In this document: positions 52,481-64,000 of the stretch, piece by piece
How positions within the stretch are numbered: the stretch's first letter is position 1
Layout: each line of letters opens with the position of its first letter
NCBI GenBank assembly: GCA_964106915.2
Contig: OZ066914.1
Strand: one strand, 5' to 3'
DNA: 64,000 bases
DNA from: Podarcis gaigeae
Taxonomy: Eukaryota
The notes under the pieces: generated by a model
The model's database searches: none
What the model was told of the DNA's origin: nothing
What the model saw: only the letters and a program-made list of their open reading frames with translations
Position numbers and translations under genes: made by a program

Positions 52481-52733
52481 TGATGGACTTCAGATTACAA
52501 GAAAGGAGATTCTGACTCAACATCAGGAAGAACTTTCTGACAGCAAGAGCTTTTCGACAGTGGAACGGACTCCCATGAGAGGTGGTGGACTCTCCTTCCT
52601 TGGAGGTTTTTAAGCAGAGGCTGGATGGCCATCCGTCATGTAAGATCTAGTTGAGATTCCTACATTGCAGGGGTTGGGCTACATGACCCTCGGGGCCTTG
52701 CAGCTCTACGGTTCCATCAGTCCATGATTCTAT
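52481..52733 (+). mobile_element. CR1 LINE 3' fragment (end of ORF2 and 3' UTR)
   Basis: Typical CR1 text: caagaaaggagattc...aggaagaacttt...gtggtggactctccttccttggaggtttttaagcagaggctggatggcc..., ending in an ATTCTAT-type tail. Confidence 0.85.
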
Positions 52734-54149
52734 AAGCATATACACAGAGTGGACAAATATATGACCCCTTGGCCAGCAAATGACACCCACTGCTTTCTGC
52801 TGTGCTGTTTGGAAGCCTGCCCACAACATTGGGCCAATTTCAAACATGAATGTAAATAAGTTGACTTCTCTATATTTGGCTCAACCTTGATCGGCACTGG
52901 ACTGGATATCAAGGCCGCTGCCATCATTAGGCCATATTGGCAGGTGCCTAGGGCATAGGCCTCAGAGGGGTGCAATACAGGCCTTTGAGGGACACAGTTT
53001 TATGCAGATTAGATTTTGTTAGACCTTATACATTTTTGGAAATATTTTGCTTTTATTTTATATTTTGATGAATATTATCGTTTCTACATGACCTCTGCTT
53101 TTGAAAATTAAGGTTAACAATTTTTTTTTGTGTGTGTAAGTAATTAACCTTGCAAAATAGCCAGGCCCCAATGCTGGGTGATAGGAGAAAGTCCTGCTCT
53201 CGGGGTTTGATATGTGGTGGTGCATTTACCTAGTCAAAATTACTGGATGCCTCCATCTAATGGACATACATGTGTGAAGGAGCCAGTGCTAATGACACCT
53301 AGCTCACTTTACGGTCTCGAGGCATGTCATTTGATTGCATCCTTCCTGGTGCCCTCCAGATATGTTGGATCACAACCCATCCATCATCCTTGGTCACTGG
53401 CCGGGCTGGATGATCTGATGGGCTGCAACTGGAGGAAGGTTGGGATACTGGGATGACTAAATATTCGGGTTTTGGAATTCTGTTTCTTATTTTATTCACT
53501 ATAGATCCACTTGGCTGGATTTCTTGATCCAGCAAAGACTAAGGAGATAAATCTGCAGCCCAGTTTGCTTGAAAGCAGCTACTTGGAAGGGAATTTCTTG
53601 TCTGGAGGGGATGGGATGGGGATAAGGAATGCAGCCAAATGGAGGGATTCCCTAGCCACCACACCCCTCAGTGGGAAAGGACATTGATCAATGATCACAA
53701 AAAGGTCAAATCCAGCCAAAGGATTCCAGGCCTAGATTCTGCAGGCCTAGTTAGGATCTGTCCTTTGTCAAGAGCCAGAATTGTTCAGTTGGGGAAAATC
53801 ATGTCCCTATCTTTAAAAATACTGTCTTATCACCCTCTCACTCTGATTGTTCTAATTTTAGTTTATAAAGCATAAAAGAAGTATATTTGGTGCCTATTTC
53901 TGGCTGCTTACCTATCATGGAAAAATACAAGCTACGAGATTCACCCTATCCCCAAACAGCATAAATTGACCTTTCCAGTTCTCTGTAATTGCTACCAAGC
54001 TCATTCCTAGAAATTAAAATGCTGAAAGTGATTTGAATTCTGGTAAAGTAAGGGAAGGGGGTGGAGGGGAAGGAGAAAAAAAATAAAAAATAAAAAAGCA
54101 AAACAAGAGAGGGACAAAACCGAAGTTCCATCGAATTAGTTTTAGTCCT

Positions 54150-54640
54150 CCTGCTCTCCCCAGTGGCTGCATCTATTAGCATTANNNNNNNNNNNNNNNN
54201 NNNNNNNNNNNNNNNNNNNNNNNNNNNNNNNNNNNNNNNNNNNNNNNNNNNNNNNNNNNNNNNNNNNNNNNNNNNNNNNNNNNNNNNNNNNNNNNNNNNN
54301 NNNNNNNNNNNNNNNNNNNNNNNNNNNNNNNNCTATATCAATGCTAATTTCTCCCCCCTAGACTCCAGGTGCCGGGATGGTGCGCCTGCCCAGCGCATCG
54401 GCTTACAAAGGGGGGAAGCGCTTGCTGTGGAGAGGGCCAAAAGAAACGGAGCCCCACATAAAATTACACCTATTTCCCCCCCTTTTGCTACAAAACCTGG
54501 TTCTTATGAGGCAAAGTTAAACAAAGCAGCTATGCTAAATTAGCGTTAAATAAAGGCGAGTTTAATGCTCGGCTACAGTCAACTGGTGTATATTTGATGG
54601 CTAATTGTCTATCAAAATTAAAGAGAAAAGAACAAATGAT
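54150..54640. promoter_or_regulatory. Far-upstream conserved element (Up-8-like), core masked
   Basis: TAAT/ATTA-rich unique flanks of N-run 54185-54332, about 12 kb above P0. Name assigned by order only. Confidence 0.45.
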
Positions 54641-55819
54641 TCGTTATAAGAAGGTGTTAAAAGCTCCAACAAAGGGGGACATTTCACAAATATAATATCT
54701 TTGGATGGTGAATTTGAGTCTTTCGGGTGGTTTGGGAAAAAAGGAGAAGTAAGGGGTGGGGGAAAGATCTGAAAGTCCGTCAAAACAGCACGAGTTTTAA
54801 ACAGGGAGCCTTTTAAACCTCAAGAATGGGCTCTCTGAATGAAAAGAGAAAATCGACACAATAAAATAGGGCTTTTTTATTTTAAAGAGAGAAATAAATA
54901 ATTGCTGAAAGGAACTAATAATGAGCAACAGTACCTGCATTCGAAGTAAAGGTACTTCAGGAAATCTCGCTAGAGAGGAGTGAGGAACGTGATGCTTTTG
55001 GTAGTTCTTGCAGTTATTAGCAAAGGTATTAGGAGTCCGGGAAGTTCTCTTGCGCAAGCCCCAAGGAAATGAAGTGGGACTATGCAAAGAGTAGTGTTGT
55101 TGCGGAGGAACAGAGATATAATTTACAAATCAGCTCCTAGCTCCTAGCAAGAAGCATGTTGGGGAAACTTCAGAGTAAAGGAGAAGCTCCTTCTGCGGAT
55201 AAATCTATGTAGTTTGTGTACAGGGATTTCTTTATTTTTTAAAATTTAAAAGGTAACTTTGAAATATTCATCATCTCTTCTTCCATTGGGTTCCCTACTT
55301 TTGAAAACTGATTAAAATAAAAACAAGCGCTCTCCCCTCATCATGAGAAGAGTTTTAAGAACATCCTGAAATATTTCCTATTGGGATTAATGCGGCTGAA
55401 AAGTTCTTGACTTACTCTGAATCGTGCCCAAAGGAAGCGGGGATAATAAAAAAGTGAAGCATAAATTAAAAATAAGACACGCTGTCTAAGTTCAGCAAAC
55501 AGCAGGGGAAAAAAACAAACCCCAAATACTCCTTCGCCCCCCCAACCGAAAAAAGTCTCGACTAAGGCGTCAGAGCGCAATGGCCACTGATGAACTCGAC
55601 ACCAATTTTGTCGATCTGCATTAGAAGAAGACGCAGGCGAAAGACTTTCGTTGGAGTAAATGTAAAAGAAGCCATATATGCAGAGAAAAGAACAAACGGG
55701 GGGGGGGGGGGAAGAGCCTCGAACTAAATCATGCAGCAAGAAGGACAAACCGTCTGGAAAATGGACCTACGGAGCAGCAAGAATGTACTTTTTATTTTAT
55801 TTTTCCCATTAAACAAAAA

Positions 55820-56060
55820 TTCTTTGACAACTTGTGTCCTAAAGAAACTATCTTGAAGATAATTGAAATGATTACAATTCACTGCTGCAGCATTACTTTG
55901 AATATCAGCAGTCAAATAATGAAATCTTAGTAATACAGCCAAAATTTAATTTGCATTACAGCATTGTTCAGGCTCTCCTTTTATGCCCAGCTTCCCCTAG
56001 AAAATTTTGTGATAATACATAATTCTGTACTTCGTTGCATTATTCATATTTTGGGGGTAA
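55820..56060. promoter_or_regulatory. Far-upstream conserved element candidate (Up-9-like)
   Basis: Octamer ATTTGCAT close to a Sox motif CATTGTT (about 55949-55968), plus TAAT clusters. Confidence 0.35.
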
Positions 56061-56919
56061 TATTTTCTCCGCCTTTCCTTTCCCAGTAAATGGCCTCCTC
56101 GAAAACTTCAAGGTGGGGGGAGGATGTAAATGCACAGCGACTGGAGCAAATCAGCTTCTGATCAGAGATACACACGAATATTTATATGAAAAAGAAAACA
56201 AATGTTTAACCTCTCCCCCCAAACTTCTTGCACCCCCACCCAAAATATTATTTTTAAAAAACCAGCTTCGTTTTGATCTTGGTTGAAGTAAAGGGATCTT
56301 CTTTTATATATATAAAAAAACCTGTTCTTAACAGTTAATAGAACAATAACTTGCTTGAAATAGTCAGGGCAGCTCCTTACCACCGAATAGCATCAAAAGC
56401 AGAATATTCTAGCAGAACTGATTGTGAGCTGAATAAGCGGAGGGAAGACCGCATTCCCCACCTGAAAAGGCTTATTTATGGGTTTCCCTTCCATAAATTC
56501 CATAATAAATTTGAGCCGGGTCTAGAAATCCATATGCCTTATCATCTGCCTCTAGAATAAGTACTTTCACACTGAATTTATCAGGCAGACCTGCTGCTCG
56601 ATTCACTTTCTAATGGGAAGACCTGCGCTCTTTATTTTGATTTTAAAAAAGAAAGTCTACGTATACAGAGAAAGATAGAAAAGGACTCTTTCATTTCAAG
56701 TAAATTTGTTTGGGATCGCAGTTCCGGAGACGCACGTTTTGTTTTGATCGCTCTTTTGGGAAGACTTAGTCAACATTTAGTTCAGCGCAAAGTTCAAAAG
56801 GTCTTGAACTCTGAGGCTGTATATATTTTTTTTATTGAGGGGGAGGGTGTCTAAGAAATGAAAACGTCGTCACCATTTTATTTAATTTAATCTGTTCCAT
56901 ATAAAAAAATCCACCTACT

Positions 56920-57290
56920 CCTCCCTCATTAGACTATCGATCATACACAAATCTTTGCATTAAGGGCGGGAAAAGAAGAATGAGGTTTATTTTTTCATGG
57001 CGTGAATGCAAAACACCCACACCCACACCCACACCCTCACACACCCCCATTACATGTTGCGGGCAACGTGTCTCTTAATCCAAATTAGAGAAGGACCACT
57101 ATACATCCTTCAACAGACTTTTCAAAAAANNNNNNNNNNNNNNNNNNNNNNNNNNNNNNNNNNNNNNNNNNNNNNNNNNNNNNNNNNNNNNNNNNNNNNN
57201 NNNNNNNNNNNNNNNNNNNNNNNNNNNNNNNNNNNNNNNNNNNNNNNNNNNNNNNNNNNNNGTAGATGTATCTGCTGGGATTGTGTGTGT
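56920..57290. promoter_or_regulatory. Far-upstream conserved element (Up-10-like), core masked
   Basis: TTTGCATTAA and TTAATCC motifs flanking N-run 57130-57261. Name assigned by order only. Confidence 0.4.
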
Positions 57291-57679
57291 GTATATATAT
57301 ATATGTGTATGGGGAGAAGATACCGGAATATAAAACGGACTAAACTTTGGGATCCCCCCCTTTTTTAATCCTCTGCCCTGAGAACAGAAGCACATTTTAG
57401 AAATTATTTTTATTATGCAGACTCTCGCCAGGATTTAAGTTCTCTGTCATGATTGTTTTCATATTTCTTTGACATCTATTGATTCGGAGGCAGCTGCGAG
57501 GGTTTGTCACAAGAGAGAAGAGCAGTCACAATATATTAGCTTGACGGCATAACTCAAAGACCAGGAGGAGCGGGAGGGAGCGCGGCAGCGGGGCACGTGA
57601 CCCAAGGCTGGGGCCCTCCGACAAAATCAAGAAATTAATTTTTAATAATATTCTTTTTTTTTTAATAAAGGGGGTGGGG

Positions 57680-57681
<2 letters not shown>

Positions 57682-57730
<49 letters not shown>
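57682..57730. repeat. (GA)n microsatellite
   Basis: Direct read. Confidence 0.95.
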
Positions 57731-57733
<3 letters not shown>

Positions 57734-59089
57734 ATGGCGACGGCGGCAACACTCTTGTTAATTTCCTAACATTAGAGAAGCCGAGACAGAAGCTCTCCCA
57801 GGCGCCTTCCCCGGGATTTTCTGTCTTAATTTGTATTTCGAAATTCCTTTTCTGCATCAGATGCGAAGCGAATGCCGCAGAGTTTCGTGTGTGTGTGTCT
57901 CTGTGTGCGCGCTCCCATTTCCACCAGCCTCATCTGCTTGGGAAAGAAAGAAGACTTCCGATCCTAAAGTCAGAAAGACTCCCCCCACGTGTTAGTTTTA
58001 GTGGAATCAAACTGGGGTGCGGGGGATTATTCCCTGCCGCGGGGCTGGGCAAAAGGGAGTCAGCCCTGTTTCAATGATTCGATGGAACCAACTCCCGCTT
58101 CGTTCTGAATCTGCGATCGGGGGCTCTTAATTTGGACGCCCCTCGGCTGAACAGCCTCGTGGGTCGGGGTTTGGGAAGCGCTGGTGGAATTGGTTGTTTT
58201 TGAGCCACCGATCCTAATGGAGTTTCGTGTATTGAGACAGCACACAGTATAAATCCATTAAACATAATATTCCTTTACTGAATCCTTAACTGTTGTAAAA
58301 TAACGTTTAATCTTGCCAAAACAAGGGGGAAAGGGGGTATTATGTTGTAATATGGAGTAGCTGGGGAATCGGGTCCATTGATACGGATTTCCGGCTACAG
58401 AGGACTGAGGTGTCGGATCCCGTTCAAGCCCAAAGGGTGATAGTCCAGGCTGTTAACGATCAATTCACACTTCAAACCAGCCTGGTTCGCTCTTTGCTTG
58501 GGTGCAGATGAAGGGAATCAGGAGATTTTTGATTTTTTTAAAGTTTGGGTGTACCAAGAGGTTTATAAAATCTACTTCTGGTTCAACGGACAAAGACATT
58601 GAACAAAATAAATAAATACGCAGAGGTCGTTAACTCCCCCCTTTATTATCTCCCCCTTCTTTCATCAGTTCAAAGTCTTTTGCTCCCCCCCACTCCCCCC
58701 CCCGCGCCTCTGTTCCTTCCAAAATTTCCACATTGCCTTGTATGTAGATGGAAGTATTTCGAGCAGGTTTGGGCAAGAGATCAGAATTATGGCTGGTGAT
58801 TAAAAGCAGTCATTGTGCTTAATCTGGGAAGGGAGGGGCGGAAAGAATCCCTGAATCAGAGACACGCGAGGAACCAGAGCAGGGCGGGGGCGGCGGGGAG
58901 TCCGGTTTAAGGGAGTCACCGTTCTTCACCATCCCCATCACCTTCCTCTCCTTCTGCAGCCCCAAGCAGTGGCATCTCCGTCCAGTTGACTGAACTCTGG
59001 GCGTCTCCAGGTGGAGGGGAGAGGCGCTGCACTCGGGGCCATGCCCTCTGCAGGTGCGGGGGGGGGGAACCGGTTTGAGGATGCCCGAA

Positions 59090-59325
59090 AGTTATTTATT
59101 TATTATTACATTCGTCCCCCGCCTTCCCTTCAAGAAGCTCAAGGTGGCCTCTGCGGCTCTCCTCTTCCTCCTTTTGTCCCGTGTTATCCTCACAGCAACC
59201 CTGTGAGGTAAGTTAGGCTGAGAGACTGTGCCTGGCCTAAGGCCTTCCAGGGAGTTTTATGGCCCCATGCAGATTTGAAGCCTTGTCTCCCTTGTCTCCA
59301 GCGCTCTAACCACTAAGCGGTGCTG
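59090..59325 (-). mobile_element. MIR/CORE-like squamate SINE
   Basis: tatcctcacagcaaccctgtgaggtaagttaggctgagaga...ctggcctaagg...gatttgaa...ctctaaccact, preceded by a (ttat)n tail. Confidence 0.7.
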
Positions 59326-59541
59326 CCCATCTCACCTGCCAGGCTTTATTCCTTGCAGCTAGGGTTGGCCTGGGCTGAGAGAACAGCGCTCTACACATGT
59401 TTAGATGACACCTTTTGTATATTGTTACTATCTCAGGGGGAAAATAACCTCTGGGCCTGAAGGCTCTGAGTGCATTCAGAAGAGGTTTTCTTCCAGACCT
59501 TCTTTGACCACAACAGTGTTAAAACACACCCCATACACCTA

Positions 59542-59636
59542 GACTACAACTCCCATCAGCCTTAACCCTTGGCCATGCTGGTTGGGGCTACTGGGAGATG
59601 GAGTTCAACATCTGGAGAGCTGGAGGTTCCCCATCT
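59542..59636. mobile_element. MITE fragment (same family as 50657)
   Basis: gactacaactcccatcagcc...ttggccatgctgg.tggggct..tgggag...caacatctggag. Confidence 0.7.
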
Positions 59637-60927
59637 GTGATTTATATCATTCAGATGTGCTTTATGTTGCCACCCTCAAAACGACCCCCTGAAGCGGGTT
59701 ACACATATCCCAGTTGCAAAGATGGGGAGATGAACCAGAGAAACCTTGGGGCCCCAAATATACCCTAACTGGTCTACTGAAGAAGTTGAGCTTGTATTGT
59801 ATCCATGACTCTCTCACAGTCAGAGGGAAAATAAAAGATCTCTGTCAGTCGGACAATCTTTCCTCCACTTGCAAATACCCTCGTCAGCTAAACCAGGCTA
59901 CATCACTACAAATCTCATTCAAGTTTGCCTTAAACCCCAAAGACCTTGGCTTAACCTTGTTATGGAACTAAGTGGGAAATCTTCTTTTCATTCCAAACCT
60001 CTCTCTCCCCCCGCCCACTCCACAATAGTTCCCCCCCCCCAGAGGTGAAATCTACACTGAAGGCAGTTTAGTTGAAACTACAAGACTGCCCTTGCCTTGT
60101 GTGCAATCCTCACGGAGCCACAAAAGAGAAGGTAATAAACAGGAGTGACAAGCGATTGTATGTGTTAACTAATGTGCCAGGAGGATAATGCAAACATATC
60201 TGCTCACTTACCCAGAGACACAGCTCTCCCCTTGTCTCTTCTTCCACTTCCAAACACATTCACTTGGAAGTATGCCCCACTGGGCTCAATGGAACTTATT
60301 GTCAAGGATTCAGAACCGCTGGCCTCTCCTGCATTCTGCCACATGCAGCCATTCCGTGACAGGATCTTCAGCGAATATGATTTTTATTGCAACCTTCCAA
60401 CTTTTCTCTGGTTTCTGTGTGACAAAGAAAAGAAGGAAGAGACTCCAGGCTGGGAGTGCTTCATATCCAAAGTAAGGAAGTGCAGCTATTCAGCCCTGCC
60501 TGGAAGAAACCACATTTTCAAATCCGGAAGCCCTCCATATATGTGGACTTAGATATTCAGCATAGAGAGGTGGGGGTGCATTCTGTCCATATTCAGATGC
60601 ATTCTCTATTATGTATTCACAAATTCCAGGGCCAAGCACAGACTACAGAAACAGGTTCTTGGGCTGAGCTCTGGTGTACATTAAGGCCTAGATTGTTTGG
60701 TATCAGGTGGCTGTTAACCAGCATGATGATGATGATTTTATTTACCGAATTTATATACAGCCCTATACTCGCAGGTCTCAGGGCGGTTCACAGAATAATA
60801 CAGAATTATCAAATATAATACAGATCACAATGCAGCTACATATGGGTCCTGCATATTTTAATGACAGAGAAAGAGAGAGAGAGAAAGAGTTATGTTTACG
60901 CCACCCACTGAAATCAATGGGACCTAT

Positions 60928-61010
60928 GCTACAATCCTATACCCACATATCAGGGAATAAGCCCCACTGAACTCTATGGGATTTACGTCTGAAACATGCA
61001 TAGGACTGAG
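60928..61010. mobile_element. Short (~85 bp) palindromic interspersed element
   Basis: CAATCCTAT...CCCACTGAACTCTATGGG...ATGCATAGGA. Degraded relatives at about 13810-13885, 25394-25455, 39811-39880 and 48210-48265. Confidence 0.5.
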
Positions 61011-61211
61011 TTGTTTTTAAGTGCTGGATCACTTAAGAGTGATAGGATTGGGTCCACTGTGATTTATTATAATGACAAGTTCTTACATAAGTATGTTTAA
61101 TTTTGCATAAAGCTCCAATCTCCTCAAATAAATTGTACTGAAATCAGTGGAACCTCCTTCCTAGGGAATAGGTTTCTTGATCAACTCAAGCAATCTGAGC
61201 TTCCAGATCTA

Positions 61212-61212
<1 letters not shown>

Positions 61213-61255
<43 letters not shown>
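61213..61255. repeat. (ATCT)n microsatellite
   Basis: Direct read. Confidence 0.93.
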
Positions 61256-61567
61256 CAGGACAGCCTATTTTGTTATGTGAATGCGATCACAGTGATTATA
61301 TATTTCAGATGTGGAATAGCTACATATCAAGTGCCATAAGCATGTGTTTGAGTGTTTTTAATAAATGAAGATTTAGTTATTACAGCTTATTCTTTCTTTG
61401 GGCAAACTATGCATATACACAAAGGGTAGGAAGTCATAAATCTGGTGTGGTTCTGTGAACCTGAAAACGAAACCTGTTCTGGGGCACCTATCCAAGATAA
61501 GTTTAATGCAGATTAATCACCCTCAGCTAGGCCTGTCACAATCAAGAGTAATTCAAGGGTGTATTTT

Positions 61568-61969
61568 ATTTATTTCTTTTTAAAATTTGTATTTATACTT
61601 TTCAGATTTCACAATCATTTTGACATTTCAAAACTTGACTTCCCCCTCTTTCTGCAGTTCCTTAGATTTATTTTTAATATATTCTGCATATCCAAATTAA
61701 CTTAATTTGCTCATTTATTCATCTTCTTTAAATATATACTCCTATGAAACTGCAGGCTATTACAATAATCTTGCCAATGTTTTTATCTGTTTACAATTTA
61801 TCTGTGAATATTCAATAAACCATTTCCATTCTTTTTATTAAAAAGGTTGTTATCTTGATTTCTTATTATTCCAGTAAGTTTTGCTATTTCTGCGTATTCC
61901 ATAAGTTTTTATATCCATTCTTCCTTTGCTGGGACTTCTTCTTCTTTCCATTTTTGCCCCAAAATGGAA
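61568..61969 (-). mobile_element. 5'-truncated L1 LINE with 15-bp target-site duplication
   Basis: Minus strand reads QKWKEEEVPAKEEWI*KLMEYAEIAKLTGIIRNQDNNLF/KEWKWFIEY (L1-type ORF2 C-terminus), then a 3' UTR and A-rich tail. TCAAGGGTGTATTTT occurs at 61553-61567 and 61970-61984. Confidence 0.85.
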
Positions 61970-63334
61970 TCAAGGGTGTATTTTCCAGCTTTGGTTATTT
62001 CAAGTGTAGATGACGCTTTAAAAGTGCGGAGGTGGAAAAAAGAAATGCAAAACTTGCCAGCCAGCTATTTTGGAGTGTGGTCATAAAAACATTAGCTCAT
62101 TCTCTTCTGAAAGTGCCTTTCTGGATAAAAGTTGCAGTCTGAACAGGGAAATCCAGTGCTGCTTAACTGAAGGGTCACTTGAACCAGCAAAGAAGCAGTT
62201 GGAATGGGATGCAATTAATTACCACGACAACTAGTGTTGTTGTGCCAGCATTGCAAACCAATTCAGAGGGTGATCCTGACCTCACTGAAATCTGTGAAAG
62301 TTTTTTTTCTATTTACTTGAGCACAATCCAGATTTCTTCCATGGTGAATATCCCAATGAACTGTGACATTTATTCTGCAACTGAAAAAGTAAGCAAGGCC
62401 AGACAGATGTACCACCGCTAGCCCAACTTAGCCTGTGAGAGACAGAAGTGTTATAGGTCATGAAATATGTTACGAGCCTGTTAAGAGCAAACTGGAATAT
62501 TCTCACACTCAAACTGACATTCATACATCTGCTTTTCCTTTTTTCAGCATCCTGTCTGGAGCCAATAAAGGACTGCAGATCAGGCAGTTAGCCTAAGAGA
62601 AACTTCTCACATTACATTATGGGCCAATTAATGCAATTGGTGCAGATACATTTCTTCAAATGGAGATCTGCCCCTGTCATGAATACAGCAAGGTTGGAAG
62701 GTGCAAAGCCCTGAACAGCTTGGGACCTGGGCTGCATACAAATCATACATTTAAAACCTGTGCCGTTCCCCAAAGAATAATGGGAACTGTAGTTTAATGG
62801 TGCTAGGAATTTAGCTCTGTGAGGTGGGAAACTGAGGTATGGTGTGTGCACAGCCCAGGTCTCCAGGATATTTAAAGGACTGTTATGATCTCATATGATC
62901 TTGCTCATCCAATGCAGGCCATCAGAGGAGTCTTTCCTTCATATCCCACCACTGTCTGAGGTCTGGTTGGCAGGAAAATGGGGAACAGCCTTCTGGGGGC
63001 ATGGTGCCCAGGCAACAGAATGGAAGCCCTAACCTTGCAAAATTGCCCAACCCCCTTCTGTAATGGCATTTTGAAATTGAAAACTTCATTGTTCCAGCAT
63101 ACTCATGACTTGACCAGTTCCTGCAGAATTATATAATGGCTCTCTTTTTATTGTTGGTTTTATCTGCTGCTCTCCTCTGTGTTCTATTGGTTTTGTCATT
63201 GGATTGTATTTGAGGAATTGCGGAGGGATTGAAAATGCAAAAGGGGTTGAAAGGGACAGGGGACAAAACCTTTCTCTTGTCTGAGTCCCTCCTCTTCCAG
63301 GTAGGTTCCCCATCAGCATTAGATCCCAACACTC

Positions 63335-63420
63335 TTAACTCCAACCAGCCCCAGCTAGCATGGTCAATGGTCAGGGATGATGGGAGTTGTAGACCAACAA
63401 CATCTGAAGGACAAAGGTTT
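63335..63420. mobile_element. MITE fragment (same family as 50657)
   Basis: cagccccagctagcatggtcaatggtcagggatgatgggagttgtagaccaacaacatctg. Confidence 0.7.
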
Positions 63421-64000
63421 CAATCTCTCGCCCAAAGTATTATGTTATGCAATATGTTATGAAAAAAATATAGTCTTGTTTGAATGGAAGGACTAATTAA
63501 TAGCAACGAGTGCAACATTCTAGGAGGCTACCTCTGTTAGTCAGTTGCAGGAAAACTACCCATGGGTTCTGAGGCAACTGAAAGTCTCAATCAAATTTAT
63601 GGTGGCACAAGTTTTCAGGCATTTTTTTTCAACAGGTGTATGGCCATTTTACAAGAGAAGATGTCACCTTCATCTAATGAATCATTGCAAAGCAAGGAGA
63701 CTCTGAGCTGTTAGTCTGCCCTCCCATTTCTCAGACTCACAAAAAGACTCATAATGCAATTCTGCCTCTGAAGAAGTCTGACCAACTTGTGAACCATTCA
63801 AAAGCCCCTCTGAGCTAGTCAAGAGGTGAATATGGTGTGTACAGTAAAACAAATAAAGTAAAATACTAACAACAACAACAGGCATAACTTTTCTAAAGAG
63901 CATTGTGGGCATCAAGGAGGCCCTAGCTACTTTCCCTCTTTTCCTGTCATCCCTCTCCTAGCATTGAAACTGTACAATTTCAAAGTATCTTCTATTTGTT

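Overview
This window is vertebrate genomic DNA, most likely from a squamate (lizard), judged by its SINE/CR1/L1/MITE families and sauropsid-type residues. It holds one gene, PAX6, on the minus strand. All ten canonical coding exons (4-13) have proper splice sites and total 1269 nt (422 aa + TAA at 371-373). 5' UTR exons 0-3, promoters P0 and P1, the intron-4 neuroretina (alpha) enhancer, intron-7 conserved elements and the upstream ectoderm and pancreas enhancers are recognisable. Most of the locus lies in a very large CpG-rich domain. No new gene, RNA gene or prokaryote-type system is supported. Main observations: (1) the 77-nt UTR exon 3, which has a GC donor, carries the stop codons for upstream ORFs from exons 2 and 0. 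Skipping it gives either an out-of-frame overlapping uORF that still spells a fish-type N-terminal extension (MPQKESYPRATW) or, from P0, an in-frame 71-aa extended PAX6. (2) All six N-runs appear to mask highly conserved sequence, including the expected position of exon 5a. (3) Exon 11 has an in-frame internal acceptor. (4) The protein natively has Ala at residue 391. Comparisons with human, mouse, quail and zebrafish are from memory and need alignment.
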